From Escherichia coli (lineage in GTDB: Bacteria; Pseudomonadota; Gammaproteobacteria; Enterobacterales; Enterobacteriaceae): a stretch of DNA of 64,000 bases. This document shows, piece by piece, positions 29,667 through 39,570 of the stretch. The position numbers and the translations under genes are program-made. A model generated the notes under the pieces. The model was not told the DNA's origin, ran no database searches, and worked only from the letters and a program-made list of their open reading frames with translations. Numbering within the stretch: position 1 is the first letter of the stretch; every line of letters begins with the position of its first letter. The stretch is from assembly GCF_001677475.2 (NCBI RefSeq), contig NZ_CP015229.1. One strand, given 5' to 3'.

Positions 29667-31161
29667 TCTTTCACACATTATTGCCGCAGCATTCAATGAA
29701 CCGCTGCTTCTGGAGCCCGCCTATGCGCGGGTTTTCTTTTGCGCGCTCGGGCGCGAGATGGGGGCAGCAAGTCTTTCGGTACCACAACAACAGGTACAGC
29801 TTGATGCTCCCGGAATGCTGGCTGAAACGGACGAGTATATGGCCGGAGGTAAACGACCGGCCCGTGTTTACCGGGTGGTGAACGGTATTGCTGTACTGCC
29901 GGTGACCGGCACGCTGGTGCACCGGCTGGGTGGTATGCGGCCATTTTCCGGAATGACAGGCTATGACGGCATTGTCGCCTGTCTTCAGCAGGCAATGGCG
30001 GATAGCCAGGTGCGGGGCGTACTGCTGGACATTGACAGTCCGGGCGGGCAGGCCGCCGGCGCGTTTGACTGCGCTGACATGATTTACCGCCTCCGTCAGC
30101 AGAAGCCGGTCTGGGCACTGTGCAATGACACGGCCTGTTCTGCAGCCATGCTGCTGGCGTCGGCCTGCTCCCGACGGCTGGTTACCCAGACATCCCGTAT
30201 CGGCTCCATTGGCGTGATGATGAGCCATGTCAGCTATGCCGGTCATCTGGCGCAGGCCGGTGTGGATATCACGCTGATTTACTCAGGGGCGCACAAGGTG
30301 GATGGCAATCAGTTTGAAGCGTTGCCGGCAGAGGTTCGCCAGGACATGCAGCAGCGGATTGATGCGGCGCGCCGGATGTTTGCCGAAAAAGTGGCGATGT
30401 ATACCGGTCTGTCTGTTGATGCCATCACGGGAACAGAGGCTGCCGTTTTTGAAGGTCAGTCCGGCATTGAGGCCGGGCTGGCGGATGAATTAATCAATGC
30501 GTCGGATGCCATCAGTGTGATGGCCACGGCGCTGAACAGTAATGTCAGAGGAGGCACTATGCCGCAATTAACTGCAACGGAAGCCGCCGCGCAGGAGAAC
30601 CAGCGAGTGATGGGGAGCCTGACATGCCAGGAAGCGAAAGGACGTGAACAGCTTGCCACGATGCTGGCAGGACAACAGGGCATGAGCGTTGAACAGGCCC
30701 GGGCGATTCTGGCCGCGGCGGCACCGCAGCAGCCGGTGGCATCCACGCAGAGTGAAGCCGATCGCATTATGGCGTGTGAAGAAGCGAACGGTCGTGAACA
30801 ACTGGCGGCAACGCTGGCGGCGATGCCGGAGATGACGGTGGAAAAAGCCCGCCCGATCCTGGCTGCTTCACCGCAGGCGGATGCCGGACCATCACTCCGT
30901 GATCAGATCATGGCACTGGATGAGGCAAAAGGGGCTGAGGCGCAGGCTGAACAGCTGGCTGCCTGCCCGGGAATGACAGTGGAGAGCGCCCGGGCTGTGC
31001 TGGCTGCGGGATCAGGTAAGGCAGAACCGGTCTCTGCATCCACAACCGCCATGTTTGAACATTTCATGGCGAACCATTCACCGGCAGCGGTACAGGGTGG
31101 CGTGGCACAGACGTCAGCAGACGGTGATGCGGACGTGAAAATGCTCATGGCCATGCCATGA
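29656..31161 (+). CDS. C: Head maturation protease C (S49 family) with nested scaffold Nu3-like C-terminal region
   Basis: 501-aa ORF; C-terminal three tandem ~35-aa repeats. Confidence 0.85.
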   Translation: MRRNLSHIIAAAFNEPLLLEPAYARVFFCALGREMGAASLSVPQQQVQLDAPGMLAETDEYMAGGKRPARVYRVVNGIAVLPVTGTLVHRLGGMRPFSGMTGYDGIVACLQQAMADSQVRGVLLDIDSPGGQAAGAFDCADMIYRLRQQKPVWALCNDTACSAAMLLASACSRRLVTQTSRIGSIGVMMSHVSYAGHLAQAGVDITLIYSGAHKVDGNQFEALPAEVRQDMQQRIDAARRMFAEKVAMYTGLSVDAITGTEAAVFEGQSGIEAGLADELINASDAISVMATALNSNVRGGTMPQLTATEAAAQENQRVMGSLTCQEAKGREQLATMLAGQQGMSVEQARAILAAAAPQQPVASTQSEADRIMACEEANGREQLAATLAAMPEMTVEKARPILAASPQADAGPSLRDQIMALDEAKGAEAQAEQLAACPGMTVESARAVLAAGSGKAEPVSASTTAMFEHFMANHSPAAVQGGVAQTSADGDADVKMLMAMP

Positions 31162-31197
31162 AGTCAGTGCTGACCATCAATAGGAGGTTTTTACAAT

Positions 31198-31545
31198 ATG
31201 GTGACGAAAACCATCACTGAACAGCGTGCGGAAGTACGTATTTTTGCCGGTAATGATCCGGCTCATACCGCCACAGGCAGCAGCGGGATTTCTCAGGCAA
31301 CACCGGCACTGACGCCCCTGATGCTGGATGAGTCTACCGGGAAACTGGTGGTCTGGGACGGACAGAAAGCCGGTAGTGCGGCTGGCATACTGGTACTGCC
31401 GCTTGAAGGCACAGAGACGGTGCTGACGTATTACAAGTCGGGAACCTTTGCGACGGAGGCAATCCACTGGCCTGAAAGTGTGGATGAACACAAAAAGGCC
31501 AACGCCTTTGCCGGCAGTGCCCTGAGTCACGCGGCGCTGCCGTAA
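31198..31545 (+). CDS. D: Head decoration protein D
   Basis: Lambda gpD-like (NDPAHTATG...PLMLD...KSGTFA). Confidence 0.88.
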   Translation: MVTKTITEQRAEVRIFAGNDPAHTATGSSGISQATPALTPLMLDESTGKLVVWDGQKAGSAAGILVLPLEGTETVLTYYKSGTFATEAIHWPESVDEHKKANAFAGSALSHAALP

Positions 31546-31602
31546 CACGTTATCAGGCCACCGCGGTGGCCTGACTGATTTCTGAATGAAAGGAACTGAT
31601 TT

Positions 31603-32631
31603 ATGGGATTGTTTACGACCCGCCAGTTGCTCGGTTATACCGAACAAAAAGTGAAATATCGTGCGCTGTTTCTGGAGCTGTTTTTCCGCCGTACGGTGAA
31701 TTTCCATACCGAAGAGGTGATGCTGGACAAAATTACCGGAAAAACGCCGGTGGCGGCCTATGTCTCCCCGGTTGTTGAAGGAAAAGTGCTGCGTCATCGT
31801 GGTGGTGAAACCCGCGTGTTGCGTCCGGGCTACGTCAAGCCGAAACACGAATTTAATTACCAGCAGGCGGTTGAGCGCCTTCCTGGTGAAGATCCATCTC
31901 AACTGAACGATCCGGCTTACCGCCGTCTGCGTATCATTACCGATAACCTCAAACAGGAAGAGCACGCGATTGTCCAGGTGGAAGAAATGCAGGCGGTAAA
32001 TGCTGTGTTGTATGGCAAATACACCATGGAAGGAGACCAGTTCGAGAAAATTGAGGTCGATTTTGGCAGGTCGACGAAGAATAACATCACACAGGGTAGC
32101 GGTAAGGAATGGTCAAAACAGGATCGTGACACGTTCGATCCTACACATGATATTGATCTTTACTGCGACCAGGCCAGCGGTCTTGTGAATATTGCCATCA
32201 TGGACGGTACCGTTTGGCGTCTGCTGAATGGTTTTAAGCTGTTTCGCGAAAAACTGGATACCCGTCGCGGTTCAAATTCACAACTCGAAACGGCAGTGAA
32301 AGATCTGGGCGCAGTGGTGTCCTTCAAGGGGTATTACGGCGATCTGGCTATTGTTGTGGCGAAAACGTCTTATATAGCAGAAGACGGTATCGAAAAACGT
32401 TATCTTCCAGATGGCATGCTGGTCCTGGGGAATACTGCTGCAGATGGGATCCGTTGTTACGGAGCCATTCAGGATGCGCAGGCGTTGTCCGAAGGTGTGG
32501 TGGCTTCTTCCCGTTATCCGAAACACTGGCTGACGGTGGGGGATCCTGCCCGTGAATTTACCATGACGCAGTCCGCACCGCTGATGGTGTTGCCGGACCC
32601 GGATGAGTTTGTGGTGGTACAGGTGAAATAA
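31603..32631 (+). CDS. E: Major capsid protein E
   Basis: 342-aa lambda gpE-like (PGYVKPKHE, DPAREFTM, LPDPDEFV). Confidence 0.92.
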   Translation: MGLFTTRQLLGYTEQKVKYRALFLELFFRRTVNFHTEEVMLDKITGKTPVAAYVSPVVEGKVLRHRGGETRVLRPGYVKPKHEFNYQQAVERLPGEDPSQLNDPAYRRLRIITDNLKQEEHAIVQVEEMQAVNAVLYGKYTMEGDQFEKIEVDFGRSTKNNITQGSGKEWSKQDRDTFDPTHDIDLYCDQASGLVNIAIMDGTVWRLLNGFKLFREKLDTRRGSNSQLETAVKDLGAVVSFKGYYGDLAIVVAKTSYIAEDGIEKRYLPDGMLVLGNTAADGIRCYGAIQDAQALSEGVVASSRYPKHWLTVGDPAREFTMTQSAPLMVLPDPDEFVVVQVK

Positions 32632-32640
32632 TCCGTGAGC

Positions 32641-32668
32641 GGGGGCGAAATGCCCCCGTGTCTTTTTT
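32641..32668 (+). terminator. Terminator-like hairpin between E and FI (possible attenuator)
   Basis: GGGGGC-GAAAT-GCCCCC followed by GTGTCTTTTTTC. Confidence 0.35.
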
Positions 32669-32682
32669 CACAGGGGGCTGAT

Positions 32683-33057
32683 ATGGCAACGAAAGAGCAA
32701 AATCTGAAACGGCTTGATGAACTGGCCCTGATTCTGGGGCGTGAGCCGGATATATCCGGGAGTGCCGCAGAGATAGCGCAGCGGGTGGCGGAATGGGAAG
32801 AGGAAATGCAGTCATCCGGCGATGATGTACAGGTTATGAATATGGATATCCGGGAGCAGGAAACCGCGGCTCATGATGTTCGTGAGGAAACATCCGGCGC
32901 GTTAACGCGCATCAGAGTTCTGACCTGCCTCCATCTCTGTGGCATTGATGGTGAAACGGGGGAATCCGTTGAGCTTGCGGATGTTGGTCGGGTGATTCTG
33001 ATTATGTCCTCAGATGCAAAAACACACGTTGATGGCGGAATGGCTGTTTATGCGTGA
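32683..33057 (+). CDS. FI: DNA packaging protein FI
   Basis: Start at MATKEQN with SD GGGGG; position between E and FII. Confidence 0.7.
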   Translation: MATKEQNLKRLDELALILGREPDISGSAAEIAQRVAEWEEEMQSSGDDVQVMNMDIREQETAAHDVREETSGALTRIRVLTCLHLCGIDGETGESVELADVGRVILIMSSDAKTHVDGGMAVYA

Positions 33058-33403
33058 TTTTCAGAATGCCTTTGATGCCGCCCTTGCCGGGGTGGACAGT
33101 ACGATTGTTGAAGTGATGGGCATCAGTGCGCAGTTCACCTCCGGTGCACAGCGTGGCGGCGAGGTTCATGGCGTTTTTGACGATCCGGAGTCGCTGGGTT
33201 TTGCCAGTAGTGGGATCCGTATTGAAGGAAGCAACCCGTCATTATTTGTGCTTACGGATACGGTTTGTGCTGTACGGCGTGGTGACACGCTGACCATTAA
33301 CGGCGAGATATTCTGGGTGGATCGTGTTTCTCCGGATGACGGAGGGAGTTGTTATCTCTGGCTCAACCGGGGGCAACCACCTGCCGTTAACCGTCGCCGC
33401 TGA
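33050..33403 (+). CDS. FII: Head-tail connector FII
   Basis: 117 aa from MRDFQNAF; C-terminus VDRVSPDDGGSC.LWL.RG.PPAVNRRR as in lambda FII. Confidence 0.85.
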   Translation: MRDFQNAFDAALAGVDSTIVEVMGISAQFTSGAQRGGEVHGVFDDPESLGFASSGIRIEGSNPSLFVLTDTVCAVRRGDTLTINGEIFWVDRVSPDDGGSCYLWLNRGQPPAVNRRR

Positions 33404-33414
33404 AAGGGGGATGT

Positions 33415-33993
33415 ATGGCCATAAAAGGTCTTGAGCAGGCCGTTGAAAACCTCAGCCGTATCAGCAAAACGGCGGTGCCTGGTGCCGCCGCAATGGCCAT
33501 TAACCGCGTTGCTTCATCCGCGATATCGCAGTCGGCGTCACAGGTTGCCCGTGAGACAAAGGTACGCCGGAAACTGGTAAAGGAAAGGGCCAGGCTGAAA
33601 AGGGCCACGGTCAAAAATCCGCAGGCCAGAATCAAGGTTAACCGGGGGGATTTGCCCGTAATCAAGCTGGGTAACGCGCGGATTGTCCTGCCCCGACGCA
33701 GGCGTCGTAAAAAGGGGCAGCGTTCAGCCCTGAAAGGTGGCGGCAGCGTGCTTGTGGTGGGAAACCGTCGTATTCCCGGCGCGTTTATTCAGCAACTGAA
33801 AAATGGCCGCTGGCATGTTATGCAGCGTGTGGCCGGGAAAAACCGTTACCCCATTGATGTAGTGAAAATCCCGATGGCGGTGCCGCTGACCACGGCGTTT
33901 AAACAAAATATTGAGCGGATACGGCGTGAACGTCTTCCGAAAGAGCTGGGCTATGCGCTGCAGCATCAACTGAGGATGGTAATAAAGCGATGA
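33415..33993 (+). CDS. Z: Tail completion protein Z
   Basis: 192-aa lambda gpZ-like. Confidence 0.85.
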   Translation: MAIKGLEQAVENLSRISKTAVPGAAAMAINRVASSAISQSASQVARETKVRRKLVKERARLKRATVKNPQARIKVNRGDLPVIKLGNARIVLPRRRRRKKGQRSALKGGGSVLVVGNRRIPGAFIQQLKNGRWHVMQRVAGKNRYPIDVVKIPMAVPLTTAFKQNIERIRRERLPKELGYALQHQLRMVIKR

Positions 33994-34385
33994 AACATAC
34001 TGAACTCCGTGCAGCCGTACTGGATGCACTGGAGAAGCATGACACCGGGGCGACGTTTTTTGATGGTCGCCCCGCTGTTTTTGATGAGGCGGATTTTCCG
34101 GCAGTTGCCGTTTATCTCACCGGCGCTGAATACACGGGCGAAGAGCTGGACAGCGATACCTGGCAGGCGGAGCTGCATATCGAAGTTTTCCTGCCTGCTC
34201 AGGTGCCGGATTCAGAGCTGGATGCGTGGATGGAGTCCCGGATTTATCCGGTGATGAGTGATATCCCGGCACTGTCAGATTTGATCACCAGTATGGTGGC
34301 CAGCGGCTATGACTACCGGCGCGACGATGATGTGGGCCTGTGGAGTTCAGCCGATCTGACTTATGTCATTACCTATGAAATGTGA
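33990..34385 (+). CDS. U: Tail terminator protein U
   Basis: 131 aa; matches recalled lambda gpU almost residue for residue. Confidence 0.95.
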   Translation: MKHTELRAAVLDALEKHDTGATFFDGRPAVFDEADFPAVAVYLTGAEYTGEELDSDTWQAELHIEVFLPAQVPDSELDAWMESRIYPVMSDIPALSDLITSMVASGYDYRRDDDVGLWSSADLTYVITYEM

Positions 34386-34392
34386 GGACGCT

Positions 34393-35133
34393 ATGCCTGT
34401 ACCAAATCCTACAATGCCGGTGAAAGGTGCCGGGACCACCCTGTGGGTTTATAAGGGGAGCGGTGACCCTTATGCGAATCCGCTTTCAGACGTTGACTGG
34501 TCGCGTCTGGCAAAAGTTAAAGACCTGACGCCCGGCGAACTGACCGCTGAGTCCTATGACGACAGCTATCTCGATGATGAAGATGCAGACTGGACTGCGA
34601 CCGGGCAGGGGCAGAAATCCGCCGGAGATACCAGCTTCACGCTGGCGTGGATGCCCGGAGAGCAGGGGCAGCAGGCGCTGCTGGCGTGGTTTAATGAAGG
34701 TGATACCCGTGCCTATAAAATCCGCTTCCCGAACGGCACGGTCGATGTGTTCCGTGGCTGGGTGAGCAGTATCGGTAAGGCGGTGACGGCGAAGGAAGTG
34801 ATCCCCCGTACGGTGAAGGTCACCAATGTGGGCCGTCCGTCAATGGCAGAAGATCGCAGTACGGTAACAGCGGCAACCGGTATGACTGTGACGCCTGCCA
34901 GCTCCTCGGTGGTGAAAGGGCAGAGCACCACGCTGACCGTGGCATTCCAGCCGGAGGGCGCAACTGACAAGAGCTTCCGTGCGGTGTCAGCGGATAAAAC
35001 AAAAGCCACCGTGTCGGTCAGTGGTATGACCATCACCGTGAAAGGCGTTGCTGCAGGCAAGGTCAACATTCCGGTTGTATCCGGTAATGGTGAACTTGCT
35101 GCGGTTGCAGAAATCACTGTCACCGACAGTTAA
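34393..35133 (+). CDS. V: Major tail protein V
   Basis: [31 protein letters not shown]...; near-identical to recalled lambda gpV including the C-terminal Ig-like domain. Confidence 0.95.
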   Translation: MPVPNPTMPVKGAGTTLWVYKGSGDPYANPLSDVDWSRLAKVKDLTPGELTAESYDDSYLDDEDADWTATGQGQKSAGDTSFTLAWMPGEQGQQALLAWFNEGDTRAYKIRFPNGTVDVFRGWVSSIGKAVTAKEVIPRTVKVTNVGRPSMAEDRSTVTAATGMTVTPASSSVVKGQSTTLTVAFQPEGATDKSFRAVSADKTKATVSVSGMTITVKGVAAGKVNIPVVSGNGELAAVAEITVTDS

Positions 35134-35148
35134 TCCGGAGAGTCAGCG

Positions 35149-35571
35149 ATGTTCCTGAAAACCGAATCATTTGAACATAACGGCGTGACCGTCACGCTTT
35201 CTGAACTGTCAGCCCTGCAGCGTATTGAGCATCTCGCCCTGATGAAACGGCAGGCAGAACAGGCGGAGTCAGACAGCAACCGGCAGGTTACTGTGGAAGA
35301 CGTCATCAGAACCGGTGCTTGTGTGGTGGCGATGTCCCTGTGGCATAACCATCCGAAGAAGACGCAGATGCCGTCCATGAATGAAGCCGTTAAACAGATT
35401 GAGCAGGAAGTGCTTACCACCTGGCCCACAGAGGCAATTTCTCATGCTGAAAACGTGGTGTACCGGCTGTCCGGAATGTATGAGTTTGTGGTGAATGATG
35501 CCCCTGACCAGGCAGAGGACGCCGGGCCTGCAGAGCCTGTTTCTGCGGGAAAGTGTTCGACGGTGAGCTGA
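35149..35571 (+). CDS. G: Tail assembly chaperone G
   Basis: 140-aa lambda gpG-like; ends just past the slippery site. Confidence 0.9.
   Translation: MFLKTESFEHNGVTVTLSELSALQRIEHLALMKRQAEQAESDSNRQVTVEDVIRTGACVVAMSLWHNHPKKTQMPSMNEAVKQIEQEVLTTWPTEAISHAENVVYRLSGMYEFVVNDAPDQAEDAGPAEPVSAGKCSTVS
35547..35553 (+). other. Programmed -1 ribosomal frameshift slippery heptamer GGGAAAG (G to G-T fusion)
   Basis: G GGA AAG in the G frame, followed by the T ORF in the -1 frame. Confidence 0.85.
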
Positions 35572-35987
35572 GTTTTGCCCTGAAACTGGCGCGCGAGATG
35601 GGGCGACCCGACTGGCGTGCCATGCTTGCCGGGATGTCATCCACGGAGTATGCCGACTGGCACCGCTTTTACAGTACCCATTATTTTCATGATGTTCTGC
35701 TGGATATGCACTTTTCCGGGCTGACGTACACCGTACTCAGCCTGTTTTTCAGCGATCCGGATATGCATCCGCTGGATTTCAGTCTGCTGAACCGGCGCGA
35801 GGCTGACGAAGAGCCTGAAGATGATGTGCTGATGCAGAAAGCGGCAGGGCTTGCCGGAGGTGTCCGCTTTGGCCCGGACGGGAATGAAGTTATCCCTACT
35901 TCCCCGGATGTGGCGGACATGACGGAGGATGACGTAATGCTGATGACAGTATCAGAAGGGATCGCAGGAGGAGTCCGGTATGGCTGA
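35553..35987 (+). CDS. T: Tail assembly protein T (expressed as G-T frameshift fusion)
   Basis: -1 frame ORF downstream of the slippery site; lambda gpT-like. Confidence 0.85.
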   Translation: MFDGELSFALKLAREMGRPDWRAMLAGMSSTEYADWHRFYSTHYFHDVLLDMHFSGLTYTVLSLFFSDPDMHPLDFSLLNRREADEEPEDDVLMQKAAGLAGGVRFGPDGNEVIPTSPDVADMTEDDVMLMTVSEGIAGGVRYG

Positions 35988-38541
35988 ACCGGTAGGCGAT
36001 CTGGTCGTTGATTTGAGTCTGGATGCGGCCAGATTTGACGAGCAGATGGCCAGAGTCAGGCGTCATTTTTCCGGTACGGAAAGTGATGCGAAAAAAACAG
36101 CGGCAGTCGTTGAACAGTCGCTGAGCCGACAGGTGCTGGCTGCACAGAAAGCGGGGATTTCCGTCGGGCAGTATAAAGCCGCCATGCGTATGCTGCCTGC
36201 ACAGTTCACCGACGTGGCCACGCAGCTTGCAGGCGGGCAAAGTCCGTGGCTGATCCTGCTGCAACAGGGGGGGCAGGTGAAGGACTCCTTCGGCGGGATG
36301 ATCCCCATGTTCAGGGGGCTTGCCGGTGCGATCACTCTGCCGATGGTCGGGGCCACCTCGCTGGCGGTGGCGACCGGTGCGCTGGCGTATGCCTGGTATC
36401 AGGGCAACTCAACCCTGTCCGATTTCAACAAAACGCTGGTCCTTTCCGGCAATCAGGCGGGACTGACGGCAGATCGTATGCTGGTCCTGTCCAGAGCCGG
36501 GCAGGCGGCAGGGCTGACGTTTAACCAGACCAGCGAGTCACTCAGCGCACTGGTTAAGGCGGGGGTAAGCGGTGAGGCTCAGATTGCGTCCATCAGCCAG
36601 AGTGTGGCGCGTTTCTCCTCTGCATCCGGCGTGGAGGTGGACAAGGTCGCTGAAGCCTTCGGGAAGCTGACCACAGACCCGACGTCGGGGCTGACGGCGA
36701 TGGCACGCCAGTTCCATAACGTGACGGCGGAGCAGATTGCGTATGTTGCTCAGTTGCAGCGTTCCGGCGATGAAGCCGGGGCATTGCAGGCGGCGAACGA
36801 GGCCGCAACGAAAGGGTTTGATGACCAGACCCGCCGCCTGAAAGAGAACATGGGCACGCTGGAGACCTGGGCAGACAGGACTGCGCGGGCATTCAAATCC
36901 ATGTGGGATGCGGTGCTGGATATTGGTCGTCCTGATACCGCGCAGGAGATGCTGATTAAGGCAGAGGCTGCGTTTAAGAAAGCAGACGACATCTGGAATC
37001 TGCGCAAGGATGATTATTTTGTTAACGATGAAGCGCGGGCGCGTTACTGGGATGATCGTGAAAAGGCCCGTCTTGCGCTTGAAGCCGCCCGAAAGAAGGC
37101 TGAGCAGCAGACTCAACAGGACAAAAATGCGCAGCAGCAGAGCGATACCGAAGCGTCACGGCTGAAATATACCGAAGAGGCGCAGAAGGCTTACGAACGG
37201 CTGCAGACGCCGCTGGAGAAATATACCGCCCGTCAGGAAGAACTGAACAAGGCACTGAAAGACGGGAAAATCCTGCAGGCGGATTACAACACGCTGATGG
37301 CGGCGGCGAAAAAGGATTATGAAGCGACGCTGAAAAAGCCGAAACAGTCCGGCGTGAAGGTGTCTGCGGGCGATCGTCAGGAAGACAGTGCTCATGCTGC
37401 CCTGCTGACGCTTCAGGCAGAACTCCGGACGCTGGAGAAGCATGCCGGAGCGAATGAGAAAATCAGCCAGCAGCGCCGGGATTTGTGGAAGGCAGAAAGT
37501 CAGTTCGCGGTACTGGAGGAGGCGGCACAACGTCGCCAGCTGTCCGCACAGGAGAAATCCCTGCTGGCGCATAAAGATGAGACGCTGGAGTACAAACGCC
37601 AGCTGGCTGCACTTGGCGACAAGGTTACGTATCAGGAGCGCCTGAACGCGCTGGCGCAGCAGGCGGATAAATTCGCACAGCAGCAACGGGCAAAACGGGC
37701 CGCCATTGATGCGAAAAGCCGGGGGCTGACTGACCGGCAGGCAGAACGGGAAGCCACGGAACAGCGCCTGAAGGAACAGTATGGCGATAATCCGCTGGCG
37801 CTGAATAACGTCATGTCAGAGCAGAAAAAGACCTGGGCGGCTGAAGACCAGCTTCGCGGGAGCTGGATGGCAGGCCTGAAGTCCGGCTGGAGTGAGTGGG
37901 AAGAGAGCGCCACGGACAGTATGTCGCAGGTAAAAAGTGCAGCCACGCAGACCTTTGATGGTATTGCACAGAATATGGCGGCGATGCTGACCGGCAGTGA
38001 GCAGAACTGGCGCAGCTTCACCCGTTCCGTGCTGTCCATGATGACAGAAATTCTGCTTAAGCAGGCAATGGTGGGGATTGTCGGGAGTATCGGCAGCGCC
38101 ATTGGCGGGGCTGTTGGTGGCGGCGCATCCGCGTCAGGCGGTACAGCCATTCAGGCCGCTGCGGCGAAATTCCATTTTGCAACCGGAGGATTTACGGGAA
38201 CCGGCGGCAAATATGAGCCAGCGGGGATTGTTCACCGTGGTGAGTTTGTCTTCACGAAGGAGGCAACCAGCCGGATTGGCGTGGGGAATCTTTACCGGCT
38301 GATGCGCGGCTATGCCACCGGCGGTTATGTCGGTACACCGGGCAGCATGGCAGACAGCCGGTCGCAGGCGTCCGGGACGTTTGAGCAGAATAACCATGTG
38401 GTGATTAACAACGACGGCACGAACGGGCAGATAGGTCCGGCTGCTCTGAAGACGGTGTATGACATGGCCCGCAAGGGTGCCCGTGATGAAATTCAGACAC
38501 AGATGCGTGATGGTGGCCTGTTCTCCGGAGGTGGACGATGA
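35980..38541 (+). CDS. H: Tape measure protein H
   Basis: 853-aa ORF, near-identical to recalled lambda gpH. Confidence 0.95.
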   Translation: MAEPVGDLVVDLSLDAARFDEQMARVRRHFSGTESDAKKTAAVVEQSLSRQVLAAQKAGISVGQYKAAMRMLPAQFTDVATQLAGGQSPWLILLQQGGQVKDSFGGMIPMFRGLAGAITLPMVGATSLAVATGALAYAWYQGNSTLSDFNKTLVLSGNQAGLTADRMLVLSRAGQAAGLTFNQTSESLSALVKAGVSGEAQIASISQSVARFSSASGVEVDKVAEAFGKLTTDPTSGLTAMARQFHNVTAEQIAYVAQLQRSGDEAGALQAANEAATKGFDDQTRRLKENMGTLETWADRTARAFKSMWDAVLDIGRPDTAQEMLIKAEAAFKKADDIWNLRKDDYFVNDEARARYWDDREKARLALEAARKKAEQQTQQDKNAQQQSDTEASRLKYTEEAQKAYERLQTPLEKYTARQEELNKALKDGKILQADYNTLMAAAKKDYEATLKKPKQSGVKVSAGDRQEDSAHAALLTLQAELRTLEKHAGANEKISQQRRDLWKAESQFAVLEEAAQRRQLSAQEKSLLAHKDETLEYKRQLAALGDKVTYQERLNALAQQADKFAQQQRAKRAAIDAKSRGLTDRQAEREATEQRLKEQYGDNPLALNNVMSEQKKTWAAEDQLRGSWMAGLKSGWSEWEESATDSMSQVKSAATQTFDGIAQNMAAMLTGSEQNWRSFTRSVLSMMTEILLKQAMVGIVGSIGSAIGGAVGGGASASGGTAIQAAAAKFHFATGGFTGTGGKYEPAGIVHRGEFVFTKEATSRIGVGNLYRLMRGYATGGYVGTPGSMADSRSQASGTFEQNNHVVINNDGTNGQIGPAALKTVYDMARKGARDEIQTQMRDGGLFSGGGR

Positions 38542-38867
38542 AGACCTTCCGCTGGAAAGTGAAACCCGGTATGGATGTGGCTTCGGTCCCTTCTGTAAGA
38601 AAGGTGCGCTTTGGTGATGGCTATTCCCAGCGAGCGCCTGCCGGGCTGAATGCCAACCTGAAAACGTACAGCGTGACGCTTTCTGTCCCCCGTGAGGAGG
38701 CCACGGTACTGGAGTCGTTTCTGGAAGAGCACGGGGGCTGGAAATCCTTTCTGTGGACGCCGCCTTATGAGTGGCGGCAGATAAAGGTGACCTGCGCAAA
38801 ATGGTCGTCGCGGGTCAGTATGCTGCGTGTTGAGTTCAGCGCAGAGTTTGAACAGGTGGTGAACTGA
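38538..38867 (+). CDS. M: Minor tail protein M
   Basis: 109-aa lambda gpM-like. Confidence 0.92.
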   Translation: MKTFRWKVKPGMDVASVPSVRKVRFGDGYSQRAPAGLNANLKTYSVTLSVPREEATVLESFLEEHGGWKSFLWTPPYEWRQIKVTCAKWSSRVSMLRVEFSAEFEQVVN

Positions 38868-39565
38868 TGCAGGATATCCGGCAGGAAACACTGAATGAAT
38901 GCACCCGTGCGGAGCAGTCGGCCAGCGTGGTGCTCTGGGAAATCGACCTGACAGAGGTCGGTGGAGAACGTTATTTTTTCTGTAATGAGCAGAACGAAAA
39001 AGGTGAGCCGGTCACCTGGCAGGGGCGACAGTATCAGCCGTATCCCATTCAGGGGAGCGGTTTTGAACTGAATGGCAAAGGCACCAGTACGCGCCCCACG
39101 CTGACGGTTTCTAACCTGTACGGTATGGTCACCGGGATGGCGGAAGATCTGCAGAGTCTGGTCGGCGGAACGGTGGTCCGGCGTAAGGTTTACGCCCGTT
39201 TTCTGGATGCGGTGAACTTCGTCAACGGAAACAGTGACGCCGATCCGGAGCAGGAGGTGATCAGCCGCTGGCGCATCGAGCAGTGCAGCGAACTGAGCGC
39301 GGTGAGTGCCTCCTTTGTACTGTCCACGCCGACGGAAACGGATGGCGCTGTTTTTCCGGGACGTATCATGCTGGCCAACACCTGCACCTGGACCTATCGC
39401 GGTGACGAGTGCGGTTATAGCGGTCCGGCTGTCGCGGATGAATATGACCAGCCAACGTCCGATATCACGAAGGATAAATGCAGCAAATGCCTGAGCGGTT
39501 GTAAGTTCCGCAATAACGTCGGCAACTTTGGCGGCTTCCTTTCCATTAACAAACTTTCGCAGTAA
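38867..39565 (+). CDS. L: Minor tail protein L
   Basis: 232-aa lambda gpL-like with C-terminal Cys cluster. Confidence 0.92.
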   Translation: MQDIRQETLNECTRAEQSASVVLWEIDLTEVGGERYFFCNEQNEKGEPVTWQGRQYQPYPIQGSGFELNGKGTSTRPTLTVSNLYGMVTGMAEDLQSLVGGTVVRRKVYARFLDAVNFVNGNSDADPEQEVISRWRIEQCSELSAVSASFVLSTPTETDGAVFPGRIMLANTCTWTYRGDECGYSGPAVADEYDQPTSDITKDKCSKCLSGCKFRNNVGNFGGFLSINKLSQ

Positions 39566-39570
39566 ATCCC

